From PVC group bacterium (lineage in GTDB: Bacteria > Omnitrophota > Gorgyraeia > B26-G9): a DNA stretch of 64,000 bases. The DNA is taken from the NCBI GenBank assembly GCA_024231215.1, contig JAAEQR010000072.1:257210-321209 (forward strand), written 5' to 3'. Positions 30,701 to 45,700 of the stretch are shown here, piece after piece (position 1 is the first letter of the stretch; each line of letters begins with the position of its first letter). Made by a program: the position numbers and the translations under genes. The notes below the pieces were generated by a model. It was not told the origin of the DNA and did no database searches. It saw nothing but the letters and a program-made list of their open reading frames with translations.

Positions 30701-33700
30701 GAGAGGATAACAGCGGATGCGTCTGAACTTGCTAATAGTGAAGATTTGTTAACTAGTTCCTTATTATATACCTTAAAGAATGATACTGAGTTTTATGAAA
30801 CTTTGTTGGGGGCTCAAGAGAATATCGTAGCTGGTTTTAGCCGGTGGGTTTCAGTTATAGAAGCTCGTTACGGGGGATCTATTGATACCGATGAAGTTGA
30901 AAGTAAAATTAAGAAGTTATTTTCTATAGATTTGGGTGTTAATGTTATAGTGAAAAAGACCGGAACCAAAACAGGGGATGATTTAGCGTTAGTTCAGTTA
31001 AAAAGAGCGATTGAACAAAGCCGTCTAACTGTGAAGCAGGCGATGAATAGCTTAACCAAGGCCTATGTGGATATGGTCAATGCCAAGACTAGCTATGACA
31101 AAATAAATGTTTCCCGATTGCAGGAAATAATCAATGCTTCTGATAGTGAACAGACCAGAGAGAAACTTAGCTATCTAATTACTAAGGCAGAAACAGAGTG
31201 GGAATTAAATAAGGCTATATTTATCAGACTTACGGGAATGTCGGAAGTAGAGGTGGATATTATTCTCAATGATTTGCCAAAAGTAGAAACCGAAGCTGAT
31301 GTGCTAAAAGTAGAAGAAGCAATGAAGAAACAAATAGAACTGATGAAAAGCAATTGGCTGCCGTTGATGGAGAATATAGAGATTCGCGCGGAATTAAAGC
31401 AGAAGTCCTGGATAAGAAAGATATTATCACTTGCTCCAATAAAGAAAATAGTTGTAGGCTTTAGTCCTTCAGAGACAGCGTTGCAGCTTGATGATTTTGG
31501 TTTAAGTATGAGTATCCCGATAACTGTGTATGAAGACGGGGCAGAGAAAAAGGCGCGTCAATTGCCGATACCGGTAGAAGAGAAACTTTTAAGGCTGGAA
31601 TATAAAGAATACGTAAGAAAATCACAGTTTATTACGGGAACTATCGGCGATAAAATAAAGCTGGTGGATAATACTTTAAATGGATTGCGGGAGCGCGAGC
31701 CATTATTGATAGATCAATTGGGAGAGTCTGTAGAGGCTTATAATCATAAGATTGATGCTTCAGAGGCAGCTATCTGGAATAATTTGGATGAATCAATAAT
31801 CGCATTTTTAGGTAATGTAGATCTTGTCTTTACTAATATCAGGTATCAGACAGAGCTGGAAAATGAACAGAAATATCATGAATCTCTAGTTGTAAAAACA
31901 ACTTCTACAGAAATAAAGGATGAGGCTGTTTCGACCGGTATAAAAGAAACAGAGTTGAATAAAATATACAGAAGATATATTGCTCCGGCTGATCTTGAAT
32001 TGACAAAGGCTAAAGATAAACTGGAAATGGTTCAGGAAATTCAGCGCAGCGGCTCAGGCTGGTTTAGTAAGCTTGAAATTGATGTTGGCCCGAGAATAAG
32101 TGCGGGTAAAAGTATTTGGCCGCTTAAAACACATATTGTGATTGATCGGGCCCATAAACAAAGAGCTGAAAAACGCACCTGGGAAACTCTAAGTGAGGAA
32201 GAAAAAACAGCTTTAGTCGATGGCGAATTAAAGGCAAGGTTCTTAATTGCTTATTTGGATTATACTGATGCGTTAAAGACAGTAAATGCTTTGACTGATC
32301 TGGAAACTGATGTTCTGCCTTCTGGAATACAGGCTAATTATCGGGCATATGACGATTTTATTGAGAAAAAAGGAACGCTTAATTATTTCTTAGGACAACC
32401 GTACGATGCGGAAATCACTTTAGATATTCCTACATCTGAAGTGCAGGCAGAACTCGAAGACTTTTTTGGGCCGGATTTTGATAAAGATAAGTTAGAGGAA
32501 GATCTGGCTAAAGTGAAAATACTTATTCTCAATAGCGAATTGAAAATCATGCAGGCGGGTGGAAAGATGCGCTTGGATATTCCTCTATCAGAAATCGTTG
32601 CTTCTATTTCATCTTCTAATCCTGCTCCGATAACCTGGTGGCTGGGGATGAAGACTTTTAACTGGGCAACTGATATTTTCAGTAAGAGTAAAAAGATGAC
32701 TGAAGTTATGCAGAGAAGACTGGTCGAGGATGAGCTGAAAAAGGCAAAAGCAGAGTTAAAATTGACAGTATATGCCGGAGAAACAGCCAAGGCCAAGGCG
32801 CTGTCTGATGCCAGATATGCTAAGAGTGTTTATGAGAAAGTCAGGGCGAGGATTGGAACTCATGTTCATGCAGTGACGGATATTGCAGACAGACCACATA
32901 AGACACGTGGTTCTCCCCAGGATAGGAGTATTGCCAGTCTTATTGCTAGTGCAGTAGAACATCATCCGGAAGTTATTACGGCAGTGCATAACTTAGAAGC
33001 GGCAAAAGATGGCGTGTTTTCCACAGTGCCTTCTATGAAACAGTTGAGGTTCCAAGATACTGGTATGCGTATGGATTCTAATCTGTATAGCGGAGTTATG
33101 GAGTTTCTACCACAGGAACAAGACACCTATTATAATGACCAGCAGAGAATTCAACTTGAGATTAAAGCCGCGGAGAGTATTTTCTATGCGGCAGTTGATA
33201 AGGCACGCGCGGAAGTAACTAGTTTTATTTATCAATTAGCTTTGATTAATGACGTAAGCGATGCTTTAGGTATAAAAGAATCAGAATCTATTCTTGCTGC
33301 ACAAAAATCATCGGTAGAAAGACAGCTTAAGGAGATGGCTAATATCGATCCGGAAGCAAAATTAGTCATTACTGATATAGATGAAATTTCTTTGCAGGCA
33401 TTTGATTATAGCGGTACAGATATCGATAAATTGTCTTTTTCGATAAATGGTATCCCGGAGATAGAGGCGGTAGACGCCAGGATTAATCAACAGGTAATTG
33501 TGGTTAATAATGTGTTGAGAAGTTTAGGGCATTTGACTCCGACAGCGGCTATGGCTCATGTTTCCGATGAAGAAGTAAATGACTTTGCCGCACAGAAATA
33601 TTTCGCAATACCTAATGCTGCGGAAATTGCGCAGAGGATTAGTGGTCCGATTTATAATATGTTGCAAGAAGGGCTCAAACGTGACAAGCTAACAAATAAT

Positions 33701-36700
33701 CTATCTAGGGAGATCGAGACATCTTTGCAGGATTTGACAGCTGTGATGAAAAGATATAAGCAAAGTAAACAAACAATGCTGTCTTTCTATCGCGAATATA
33801 TGGCCAGCGTGCGGCAATTAAAAGAAAAGAAAATATCTGAACCGGAGATGTTGGCGGCACTGGAGCAGTTTAAGAATTACCTTAATGTATATTTGGATAA
33901 TGTAAAAACCTACCAGAATAGATTTCATTATTTAAACGCTTTGTTAAGCACAGCTGGTATTGACACTGATTCCTTAGAGGCAGACACTGAAACTTGGGCT
34001 ATGGGAGTGCAACCGCGGTTTTTAACTTCTATAGAAAATATAGGAGTTGATGAGTCTGATCAGAACCGTTTGCCGGCTGAGGGGGATGTGCAGACCCAGT
34101 TAGGAGCTATCCGGAGTAAGGTTACGGATAAGTGGAACAATATAGAGTTAAAGGTATATGGAGATAGAAAAGTTACCGTTCAGAATATAAGCCGGAAATA
34201 TCAGCAGATATTCCAGGCTTATCCTCAAATCGTCAATGCAGTAATGACTAAGGGTGATTATATGGCGATTACCGAAGATTTTGTTGGGAATCAATTAATT
34301 CCTTTCTATAAAGAAGTGCTTGAGCTTGTTTATGATGAAGAAGGTACCCCTTATGAAGTACGTGAGGAAATCTTGGAGCTTGTTGGCAGAGAAGAAGTAA
34401 TTAAATTTAAAGTACTTCTTAGAGATAACCCGCCTGAGATTGCCAAAGCGGTTTTGGTCGAAGATACAATCAAGGAAGTGTTTAATAGATATCTAGTAAT
34501 TATAAATGCCTTAGCAAAAGATAAGGCGTTATCTTTTGGACAGAAAGCTGAATTGCAGGATGAGATTGCCGCGCTTAGACAGAGACAGATGGTAAGTCCG
34601 GTTTATGAAAAATACGAAATTAATAAACAGCAGATAGTAGAACAAATTTCAGCGGAATCTCAGAAATGGAAAGCAGGAGAATATAAACCTGAGGTATCCA
34701 AAGAACGGGAATTATCAGATGAAGAAATTATGCCTAAAGAGTCGATGGATTTGCAGACTTTATTTGAAAATACTATCCAGAAGATACAGTCTGGATTGAG
34801 ACATCATGCGTTGAATAATAGGTTAATGAGAGAAAAAACTGACGTAGCAATTGTGGATTGGGAAAAAGGCAAGCGATACAGTGTATTAAAAGGTTCCCAG
34901 GATCATCCGGAGCTTTTGTTTGATTCAGTAGAGAAATATGAAGAATATCTTGATCGTCAAGGTTTGCGTATGGAATTCTATACGGAGATTTCAAAATATC
35001 AAACAGCTGATCCTGAAGGACGAGGCAGGAAACTTTCGGAATGGGAATTAAGAGGCTTGGAAAAAGAAGGCATTTCTTATCAGGTATTTATTGTAGATCA
35101 AGAGGGAGAAGTTTTTGGTCGAGCTGTATTTAGCCGTGACTTATTAAAGAAGAAACAGGATAAAAAACTGGCTTATATCAATGCCCAGAAAGAACAGGCA
35201 GATCAGATGCGCAATGCCGAATATGCGGTCCAAATGCAGGCGCATCCGGATTATCCGGGGATGTGGAATCAGACGGTTAAAGCTTGGAAAGCAAGTGAAA
35301 TCGTGCCCTTGATTAATCTCGAGACAAAATTGCCGCAGCTTAATAATCGAGGATTTGCGATTTTATATCTTCAACCGATAAATGAAGATGGGACTTATCA
35401 GAAAGATGCGCAGACAGGTAAGCAGATAAGGCTGGAGCTCGGGGCATATCGTTATATCCAGGGCAAGCTTATTGAGGTTAGTCCGGCTGAAGAAGATGTG
35501 ATATTTATTGTTAAATCAACGATCAAAGATAATAATCCGGAAACCGGCGATAAGGTTCTTTTCGGGATCAAGTCGATAGAGAGAGAAATCGCTATGACAA
35601 CTTATGGCGAATATCTCGCAGTTTTGAATGTTCGTAATTTAGCTAATTCTATTAAAGCAGGACAAGTGTGGAAAAACTTTGAGACTTTAATGCCGATATT
35701 TGGTGCAACCACTAATAGTTATCAGGCAGTAGGTCAGGCCAGGGTAGGTTTTAATCTCTGGATGGCTTTGAGCGGACTGGGTTTGCCGGAAACACCGAAT
35801 ATAGATGATGTAGCAGACTTTTTTAAACAGAAATGGGGAACAGGAAAATACCAGGGGGAATATGATGAGGCTTATGAATTGGAGTACCAGCAGTTTTTGA
35901 AATTTATAACTAAATCTCCGGATTATAAAGATCCTGGATATAAAGAAAAAGTTTATGACTATTTAAATAAAGAACAACAGTTAAATACCAAACATAATAT
36001 TGCTTATGGAAAATGGGTGCTATTTACAGCGGATGCTTTAGCTGAGAGTACGGGGAAAACCAGAGATGATGATGGGTTGTTAAGAGGAATGTTTGCTTAC
36101 TTCCGGGGAACAGAGCTGAATGTTAATACTCTGGTTGGAGATGTTTTTAATATTAAAGATGCAGAAGGTAAAAAATATTATGGAAAAGGGATTACTAAAA
36201 ATACAGAAGGCTGGGGGCGCTTGTTTACAGGGCATGGGTTGACATTTGATACGGCGCCTTTAATTGATGTGGCTTTTACGGATAAGACGATTGGTGATTT
36301 AGGTATAGAAGATTTACTTAAGAATTATGTTTTTGGATATCCTGAATTTGGAAGTGAAGAAGATCAGCGTGAATATCTTGATCGATTAATGAATTCTTAT
36401 AACTTTGATATGAAACTGAAGAAAACAGCTAATCCTTTTGGTCGGGTATCTCAAGATAAGGATGCGTCGAAGAAAGCAAATTTACAAAAGATTGCGGACC
36501 TGAAGCTGGATCAATTTCATATGTCGATATATATTAGCCGCACTCCGGTATTAAATTCTAAAACAGGTGAAATAGAAGTAGAAGAAAGTATTGTGATTCC
36601 GGGATTGCTTGGATTTGAAGCGCGCCAGAAAGAATTGGTTCGTAACTTAGAAAATGCCAGATTATATGAAGAAGGTATTAGAAGTAAAGGATTAGTTATA

Positions 36701-39700
36701 GAAAAGAGTTCAGGCAGTAGTGCTCCGATATTGATACAACAAATTGTAAAAAGAGATGAACAGGATCAGATATCTCGACAGGATACATATGATTTTCTTT
36801 CCAGCAGGATGAACAGTCAGAGCGGCACAATTACGGAATATCATCAGTTTGCTACAGGCAAAGGTCCATCTGTGCAGAGTGGAAGGGGAACTTTGTATGG
36901 TAACGCATTGGTTGGAGGAGTTTTGGATTTAGCCGGGGCAAGACGAGAACGTCAGGTGATTACCGATTATTTTACAGATACTCAGAGTCTGCATGTTTAT
37001 CGTCAGGATTCTAATGCAAAAGGCAAGACCAAAAGTGTATTTGTAGGTTTAGCGGATATGTTTAATCCGGATTCGTATACCGGAGAGAAAGTAGAAGAAT
37101 ATGCAACTACAGGTCCAATTTTACATGATACTTTGCGTAAATTGCGTGAATTTAAGAAAACCGATGATGAGAAATATTTGAATTCAGCATTAATAAACTA
37201 TGGTGCAGTTAAGGAACGTCAGGATACGAACGGTGGTGTAGTAAAGGGAGTTGAACGCGATGACTTAAGAGATGCCGAAGAAAGACATCATTTAATTCAA
37301 TCTGGTGAAGAAAATATTACTTTCCTTAGGGTCTTAAGAGAAACTCGAGACATACTTAAAAACAAACTTAAAGATCGGACGCTAAAAGATAAGAAAATGT
37401 ATGAACGACTCCTGAGAGATGTTGAAAGCAGATTAGAACAGGGATTGAGCTTTATTTATACGCAGCTCTATAATAAAGAAACGAATGAGTTTAGTCGTGG
37501 GTTACAGTTTGTTGATGGAAAATGGCAGAGAGACAATGTGCTTGCCATTGATGTTTTGAACCTTTTGATCTTAGAGGATGGAGCGGATAATGTTGCTTAT
37601 AATATAGGAAGACAGATATTGGGGGCCAAGGCTTCAAATGAAGAAGTAATGCAGACTGGTATGATGCATCTTTTGGAAATGTGGGATAAGAAAGAACGTC
37701 CTGTGGAAAGGGGCGGTACTTTAGTAACTGATACGGTAACATTAGCTGATGGCAGAAAAGTGACTGTAACCCTACACGATGTAACAGACCAGGCTAGCCG
37801 CGGAGACCGCAAAGCTGCTGTATTTGTGGAGCAGGCACTTATTGATGCCTCGGCACATTTACAGATGGCTAATGATTTAAGGGCAATTGCGCAGGATTCT
37901 ACTGATTCGCGTTTTCGTGAAGAAATGCTTAAACGCGCGGAAGCGGAAATGGAGGCTTACAAACAGCATATTGCTGATTGTGATAAATTAGCGGTTCGCG
38001 TTAAAGATCGCGGCGTGGGATATCCCTATGCCACACGTAGCGGCATAAAACCATTTGCTGATTCAGTCTGGGTTGTTCCTGAGCATTTTGCTAATACATC
38101 AGCTACAGCCTGGGCATTTTTCGCGAAATCCGGTTATAATTTGTTTACTCATGAAATACTCGATGGAGCATTGGAAACTCGGTATGTAGACACAAATAAC
38201 ATTTCACCAATAATGCATAAGATTAGTAATGCTTATAACGGTAGTTATGATAAAAAGCTTATGCCAGGTAAAGATGATATTACTGGTAAAAATAATATCG
38301 AATTAGCGGTAAAGAAATTAGAAGAACTTATGCGTAAGCAAGCAAGTGGAAAGGTGCCTAGTATTCATGATGATTATCTTGTGGCTTTTGATGCAAAAGC
38401 AGGTATTTACTGGTACTGGCAGGTAACGAGTAGTCCAAAAGGTATTCCGGTTCGAAGACTGGTGGAAGTTACAATGATTGCAGATGAGGCTAGTCTTAAA
38501 CATGATTTAGAAAATTTAAGTTTAAGTTATGAATATGCCCAGTTAATCAATAAAGCCCAGGCGGAAAATAAGTTTGCACTGGAACTGACTACAGATGATG
38601 GTAAGCCGTTCCGCTTGCCAGATGGTCGGCCGGCAGTATTACTTAATCCTGAGCTCTTTTTCAAGAAGCTTGATCAGGTTGATAGGATGCCGGATAGACA
38701 GCAGAAGCAGATTGAACGCCGTGGTTGGATTTTAGCTGGGGAATTAGGTGAAGCCTTAGGTACAGACGATGATACTCCAATAAGAATGCGTTCGATATTC
38801 CCCTTAGGCGATTGGCAGAGAACAAGAATTAACCCTAAAACCGGGGTAGAGGAAACAGTATTTAATACTAAGGGCAAAGGATTGACAAAGGTTGTGAATG
38901 ATGTATTTACAACTACTATTCGATATAACGAGATTGGTAATATTTTAGGTAGTGTAAGTGTTCATAATACTACAGGAGAAACATTAAGGGAATCTATTGC
39001 AGTTGGACAGAATGTTGAAAAAGAAAAAATTGCTTTTGAAGTTTCTATACCTGTGCTGGGTCAGTCGAGCAGAGAGATTTTTGGGCCTGATTCAAGTGAT
39101 CCGATTTGGGAAATTACGGATACGGGAATTAAACTTAATGCCTTGGGTGATTTTGGAATAAAAAGTGCGGATATATGGCATCAGGAAGGTACTTTGGATA
39201 ATCCAACCCGCGGCATCTTAGGCTGGCACGAAGCAACTGTAAATAGAGATTTGCAAAATCATGAACTTACTGTACACAGGACTAATCTTTTAAATGATAA
39301 AGAAAAAGATACAACGTTTGATCTGACTTATTTAGGCCGAGAAAAGAAAGTAGCCAGCATTGGGGAAAACAGGGTTAATAGTAAATATTATGAAGATACT
39401 TACTATGCTGGTTTAATTCCCCAGATGGTTGAAGTGGATGGGTTGAAAACCGGCAATCGCTTAGGGTATGTCGAGATTGAGAATTATGATCGGCGGACGC
39501 GAAATACAACAGGTAGATATTTTGATGTTATAAAAATTAATGGATTTAATACTGAGAAAACAGCATTTGAAGATGTGAAAAACGGGCCGTTTACACGGAT
39601 GATCTGGTCGCATCGTTTTGAAGCACCGATTAAAATTCAAACTTCGCAGCGTGTTACTGATCTTAAGCATAATAAATATGAGACAGAATATTTGGCAGCA

Positions 39701-42700
39701 AAGCGGTGTGGAAAAACCGGAGAAATTGTGGAGATTTCTAAAGGTGAATATAACAAGCAGAGACAGCAATGGGGGGATCAGACCCAGGTATATCATCGAT
39801 TTGTTGCCGAAGGAGATTCTAATAATATTATTGAACGCAAACAGACAAAAATTAGTGGTATTTATGGATATACAATGGATACGTTTGTGGATGATCTGTT
39901 AGAAGGGAGTCCTTCCAGTATACGCTATATCCCAGCATATAATGATGATTCTTATGAGATTGGCTTAAATGCCTATCTTAAAGATGATACAGGTAAACAT
40001 GGTATTAAGTTCCATGATTATACTGATTATATTTGGAATAATAATTTCTTGGCTCGGACCGTAGATTCAGGGACATCTTTTGTTCATACTGCGGTAATGG
40101 ATGGGGAAGGTCGTAACGTTAGAGAAATTAGAGGGAATTATAAGGTTAAGGTTGTGAATAAAACAGGGTTTGAAGCGGGAACTAATCGACCGCTTAAATC
40201 TGCAATGTTTGTGAATGAGAAAGAATGGATGAGTTTTGAATATGGCAAGACTGATCCAAAAACTAAAGTGCAGAGAGTAACAGTTGTTCCAGTTGATTGG
40301 GGATTGGTACATACAGAGGATTATCGTATTGGCGATATTTTTGCCCGGCCGTTTAATATTAAATATGAAGATGGTTCTGAAGTGTTTGTGGATAAATGGG
40401 TGGAGTATCGTAATATTCCGTTGCTTGCTCATACGGTTAATCGTTATGGACGTACAGTTCAGAGATCTGAATTAGATTCATTCCCTGTAGAAGAAGGGTT
40501 AAATCTTAGCAAAAATAGCATATATGAAGTTTCTTTATTTGACAAAGAAACTGTCCAGAGTGCTAAGGCTTTTATTATGGGGACTCCGGTACCGTATTAT
40601 CTCCTTGATGATTTTGATAAAACATATATGGATATGCGTAAATCTTATGAATCGCCATATTATACAATTGATACGCGTGGTGATTTTGGTAGGACGATGA
40701 TGTTAGATAACCAAGATTTGATAGAGAATGTTGTAAGTATATATAAAAGTGAATTGGATTTATATAAAGGAGAGAATAGTAGTGATCTTGTTAATGGGGA
40801 AGATGTTTTGCAGGTGCTCAAGGTTGATTTTGACGGCAAAAAGAGAGATAAAGCAACCCAGACAATCTATGACCGGCTGGCGAATCCGTTAGAGGAGAAA
40901 ACCGGACATTTTGTGGTTAAGAAAACAGCCCGGGTATATAATGCAGAGAATATTTTAAATGATGAAATTGATGAGACAGCTTTTTCACAACGGGCGGTAA
41001 TAGCTTATAATCAGGGATTATTACAAAAAGATGTGGAAGGTGATTATAATATATACAGGTTTGTTCCGGTTAGAACAGATGTTAAATTTAAAAAAGCTGT
41101 GGATTATAAAGTGAATTATGATCAGAAGTATCGGGATGTTATTACCGGTCGTATGGTATATCGTAGTATTCGTTCTTCAGATTTGTCCTTTACTCCGAGA
41201 AGTTTGGAGGGTGGGGATAGCGGGGATCCTTTTATTGCTTGGTTGCCTGAGTTTACTACCGAAAACTATATTTATCACAGTAGCAATCCGTGGATGCGGA
41301 ATATCCATAATCCGTATTGGGTTTCTCAGGATGTAGTTTCTTATCGGATAAACTATGGGGTAGAATTTGATGGAAATGGAGTTGTTCTTAATATTGCTAA
41401 ATCGTCATCTGATTTTTTACCGATTACGGTTAAAGGTCGGCAAATGTTTATAGGAGACATTCCTTGGCAGATGAGAGGTGTAACTTTCTTTAGTACAGTT
41501 AAAGGGAAGCAACTGGATACAGAGGAATATCTTACGAAGGCTGATATCTGGATAGAAGATATAGAGAAGATGGCGTTGGCTGGTATAAATACAGTAAGAA
41601 CTTCAAAGCCTGTGAGTGGAAATATTCTTAATGCTTTTTCTGTATATGGGATTAAAGTTATTGTTGGATTAAGAGAAGCTGAATACGAAGAGTATGTAGA
41701 GGAATTTAAAGGACATGCGTCGATATTAACATGGGATATTATAGATGAGGAAGATTATCCTGAGGATAGTGATCAGAGATATCGGAAGTTACAGCAAATA
41801 GCTGAGCATATACATGAGTTGGATCCGGACCACCCGGTAAGTACAGTACATGATGGTTTGTTAGAGAAAAAAGATTTGGATATAGCCTCGGCTATTGATA
41901 TCTGGGGAATCAATACCTCTCTATGGGATAATGGTGGACAGATTTTCTCAGAATGGGAAAGAATGTCTGATAAACCAATGTACTTATCTAGAATAAGAAT
42001 GGATTCATTAGATAATAGGAGACTTAAACCCGACCAAGGAGGACAGGCGGTTGCGGTATATAATCTTTGGAAACGTATAGATGAGAATAGCAGTATATAT
42101 TCCGCAGATAACGTGTGTTTAGGGGTAACATATCATTCTTGGGTGGATGAATTATGGCGTACAGGAGCCCCTGATCAACAGAATATTGGGGGAGAAGTGG
42201 ATAATGTTCCGTATGATGGGTTTACTAATATCGAATATACAGGTTGGAATAAATCCGATGGGACAACAAAAGATGTGTATAAACTTATGCAGATGGTTTG
42301 GACACATATTCCCATGGGGACTGCTTTAGCGGATAAGTCTATCCCAGGAGTAAAGATCAATACTAAACCAACAAGAGAAACTGTATATAAAGATAAAATA
42401 TGGTATGACCATAAAGGAAATAATAGTCTTGAAATTGTAGACGGTCTTTCTCCTCAAGGTTCTCCTATGGCGAGATATTCTTATACTTTGCCTCAGTCTT
42501 TACCGTCTTTGGAAAATAGTGTTACTTTTGTTCCGGTTGAAGAAGATAGGGAATTTACAGCTGTAAATTTAGCCATTAGTCCGGATTATTTGCAAGGAAA
42601 TGATTTCCTCTATTTTTACACCAAAGACATAGAAAATCCGTCTGCAGAAGTTGTTTTTATAGATGCTTTTGGGAAACAGCAAGTAACTGTTTCTGAAAAT

Positions 42701-45700
42701 GAAAAACACATGAAATTATGGGTTCCAATCTCACAAAATCAGGTGTTTGTGCCGGGTATGGATAAAATGAAAGAAGTTGTTTCTGTAGATTCTTCACGCT
42801 GGGATATTAAAAATAAACGACTTTGGGTAGTATCATTGGCACGATTAAAAGAAGTCTCTGAACTTAATGATGTACATAAACTCCAGGTAAGAATTGATGG
42901 AAAAACAAATAAAGATTCTCGCATTTCTACAATTGGAGTGTTGGGTAATAGTGAAAGAGACATGGATAAAGTGGAGACAACTGAAGTAACCAGGCTTAGC
43001 TGGGGGGATGGATCAACCATGATTGCTGCATTAAAAGATACCGAGGGCAGACCGCGGAGTATAGTGCAGTTATTAGGTAGAAAACATGAATATGAGACTT
43101 TGGCAACTTCTGCGAAGAAATGGAATGCTTTGTCCTTATTTACAAATAAAATGCAGGATCCGGAAGTCACAATATTCAGTGATCCTCAGAAGAAGGATTT
43201 TTCTGTTTCTCTTTGGAGTCCATCTGGTTATAAGTTATCAGGTATTCTTTTAAGTTTAAAAGATAAAAATAACGGTTCAATTGTAATTAAACTGGCGGCT
43301 CGTAACGCGTTTGAAACCCAGATGGTTATGGATTTTGAGCTTGGGTATGTACAGGGAGATATTCCGGCAAATATAGCGTATGGAACAGATGATTTCGTAG
43401 TTTTCCCAATTGGTAAGAATCCTGTGATTGCTAATATGAATTCTAATATTTTTAATAAAATTAATGACTTTTTACAGCAAAGGGTGGATCCGACTTTTAA
43501 ATTAACAGAAGAACAGAAAGAATTAATTTGGCATTATTCGCAAGCTGAAAATATGGTTAAGATTGTTGAACAGTTTCCGCTTGCGGATGAAGCTGTTTCC
43601 GGCAATGTTCCTTTTTATGCATATCCGGAATTTGAGAATGAGATTAAATCTAGAGTGCAACCAGAAAAGGCTTCAGATATAATTAACAGTGAGAGTATTA
43701 AAAATATTTTGTTACGATATGTTTCAGATCTTGAGGAAAGACTACAAGCAGGGCAGACTCCGTTGGTGCCGATTAATATTGGGACCTATTCAAAAGATAA
43801 TATAAACACCGAAGATTATGTTTCTACGGTCGATGAATTGGAATCTATAGTGCCGATGCTTGTGGACTTGGGGATGATTAAAGAAGCTGAAATGATCGTA
43901 AGGTTTTATATTGAAGAAGCGACTCAAAAAGGATTATATCCAGTATCTGATTATTACAATAGACAGACAGGAGAAAAAGAATATTTTGACGCATATTCTG
44001 CTAATGTGCTTCCTTCTTCGGTGACAGCCAAATCACAGATTGCTTTGGTCAATTCCTGTTTAATGATGATGCAGGTGACGGGCGATGCTTATTATTATAA
44101 GGCTGCGGAAAATACATTTGATCGTTTATTAGAGTTTAATCCGCAGATAAAAAATGCTATGCATAAGAAGGATGATGTTTCACTTTGGGAAAAAATCACA
44201 CAGTCTCAATTGGTGGAATTGTCTTTAGACTATCTCAACCGCAATGTAACTGTGGGTGGATTAACTGATCTAGAACCGAATTTAGATATGGATTATATTG
44301 GCACAAGGAAAAAACTTCCGGTACAGCCAGATTATTATCCGACCCAGACTAATAATAAAGCGTATCTTTTGCTATCTAAAATAAAAGATATGGCCGAAGA
44401 ACTACCAGATATGGGTGATTCGTTTTTACAAAAAGCTGTCTGGTTTGAATCATTACAAATAACATGGCTGAAAGATAATTTATTTAATCGTTTAGAAGAT
44501 AGTTCTCAAAAAGGCCTGATTCCAGATGGGATTTTTGACCTCTATAGTTCGCAGGGAGTTGAAGGGGCGGATGAAAATTATATTAAAACGCTGTGTCCTA
44601 ATCCGGTAGCTAATTTTGCTTCTTCAAAATCAACTTTAGAAGCAGCGTTGCAGGCTGGATACATTACTTCTGAGGAATTCAAAGTTATAGTAGATAATCT
44701 AGCTAAATATTTTCATAAAGAATTAGAGCTAGACGGCAAAAAGGTTAATGGTCTTGATTCTATAACACGTTTTATAGATAGGCCGGATTTAATCTTCCTG
44801 GATAATATGGTTGATTTACTAAATCTTGTTTCTAAAACTGGGGATAAAGAGGTCTGGGATCGAATTAGCCAGACTATAGATACATATCCTCTTAAAGATA
44901 AAATGTTGCCGACGGTTATTGCTGAGACTGACTTTTCTAAAGGTAGTGTTGATTCAGGCATTGGTTTTGATTCTGGATATGGGATATCCGGTAGACAATT
45001 CCGGGTTTTACCTTCGGCAGAAGATGATAGAAGCCCGCCTTCTTTGAAAGCTAGTATTGGTTATAGCTTTGCCAGATTACGGGATGGATACTCGCCTTAT
45101 TCTTCTAAGCTTGAAAAAGAAGAGAGGTTTGAATCTGAACGTAAAAAAGCGATAGAATATATCATTTCCGGTAGGGGAAATGAGGGGGATTTCAAACTTT
45201 TACTTAGTCCGAAAAAGCGCTATGGAGGATTATTTGGTATTGGCAGTACGCTTGCAGCTACGCTTATTGTTAAACTGGTGCTGACAATTATTGCTACTGT
45301 GATGTCGAGAAAACAGAGGCGAATAAACAGATTAATGAAAGACAGTAAATATAAAGGCAGTACTCCTGTGTATAAGCGGAAGTTGATCTATACAATGTTA
45401 GAACGGTATCGTAAACAGGTACTTAAGGTAGTAGAAGGAGCTCATTTTAAAGGGGTTAGCGTGGGAAAAGATAAAATTCTGAGTGCTACAGAGATAAGTA
45501 CATCTTTTAAGGCTACAGATGCTCATATTGAGGGAGCTTTTTCCAACTATCTATTTGTATTGAGAACGCTTGCAATGGAATGGGTAAGAAGAAAAAAAGA
45601 TTTAGGAGAAGAAGATGATGCTTTGCTAGTATCAGACCCATTTTTAGATAGTGTGGATGAATTAACTCTAATGCTGGGATTATTTATAAGGCAAGAGATT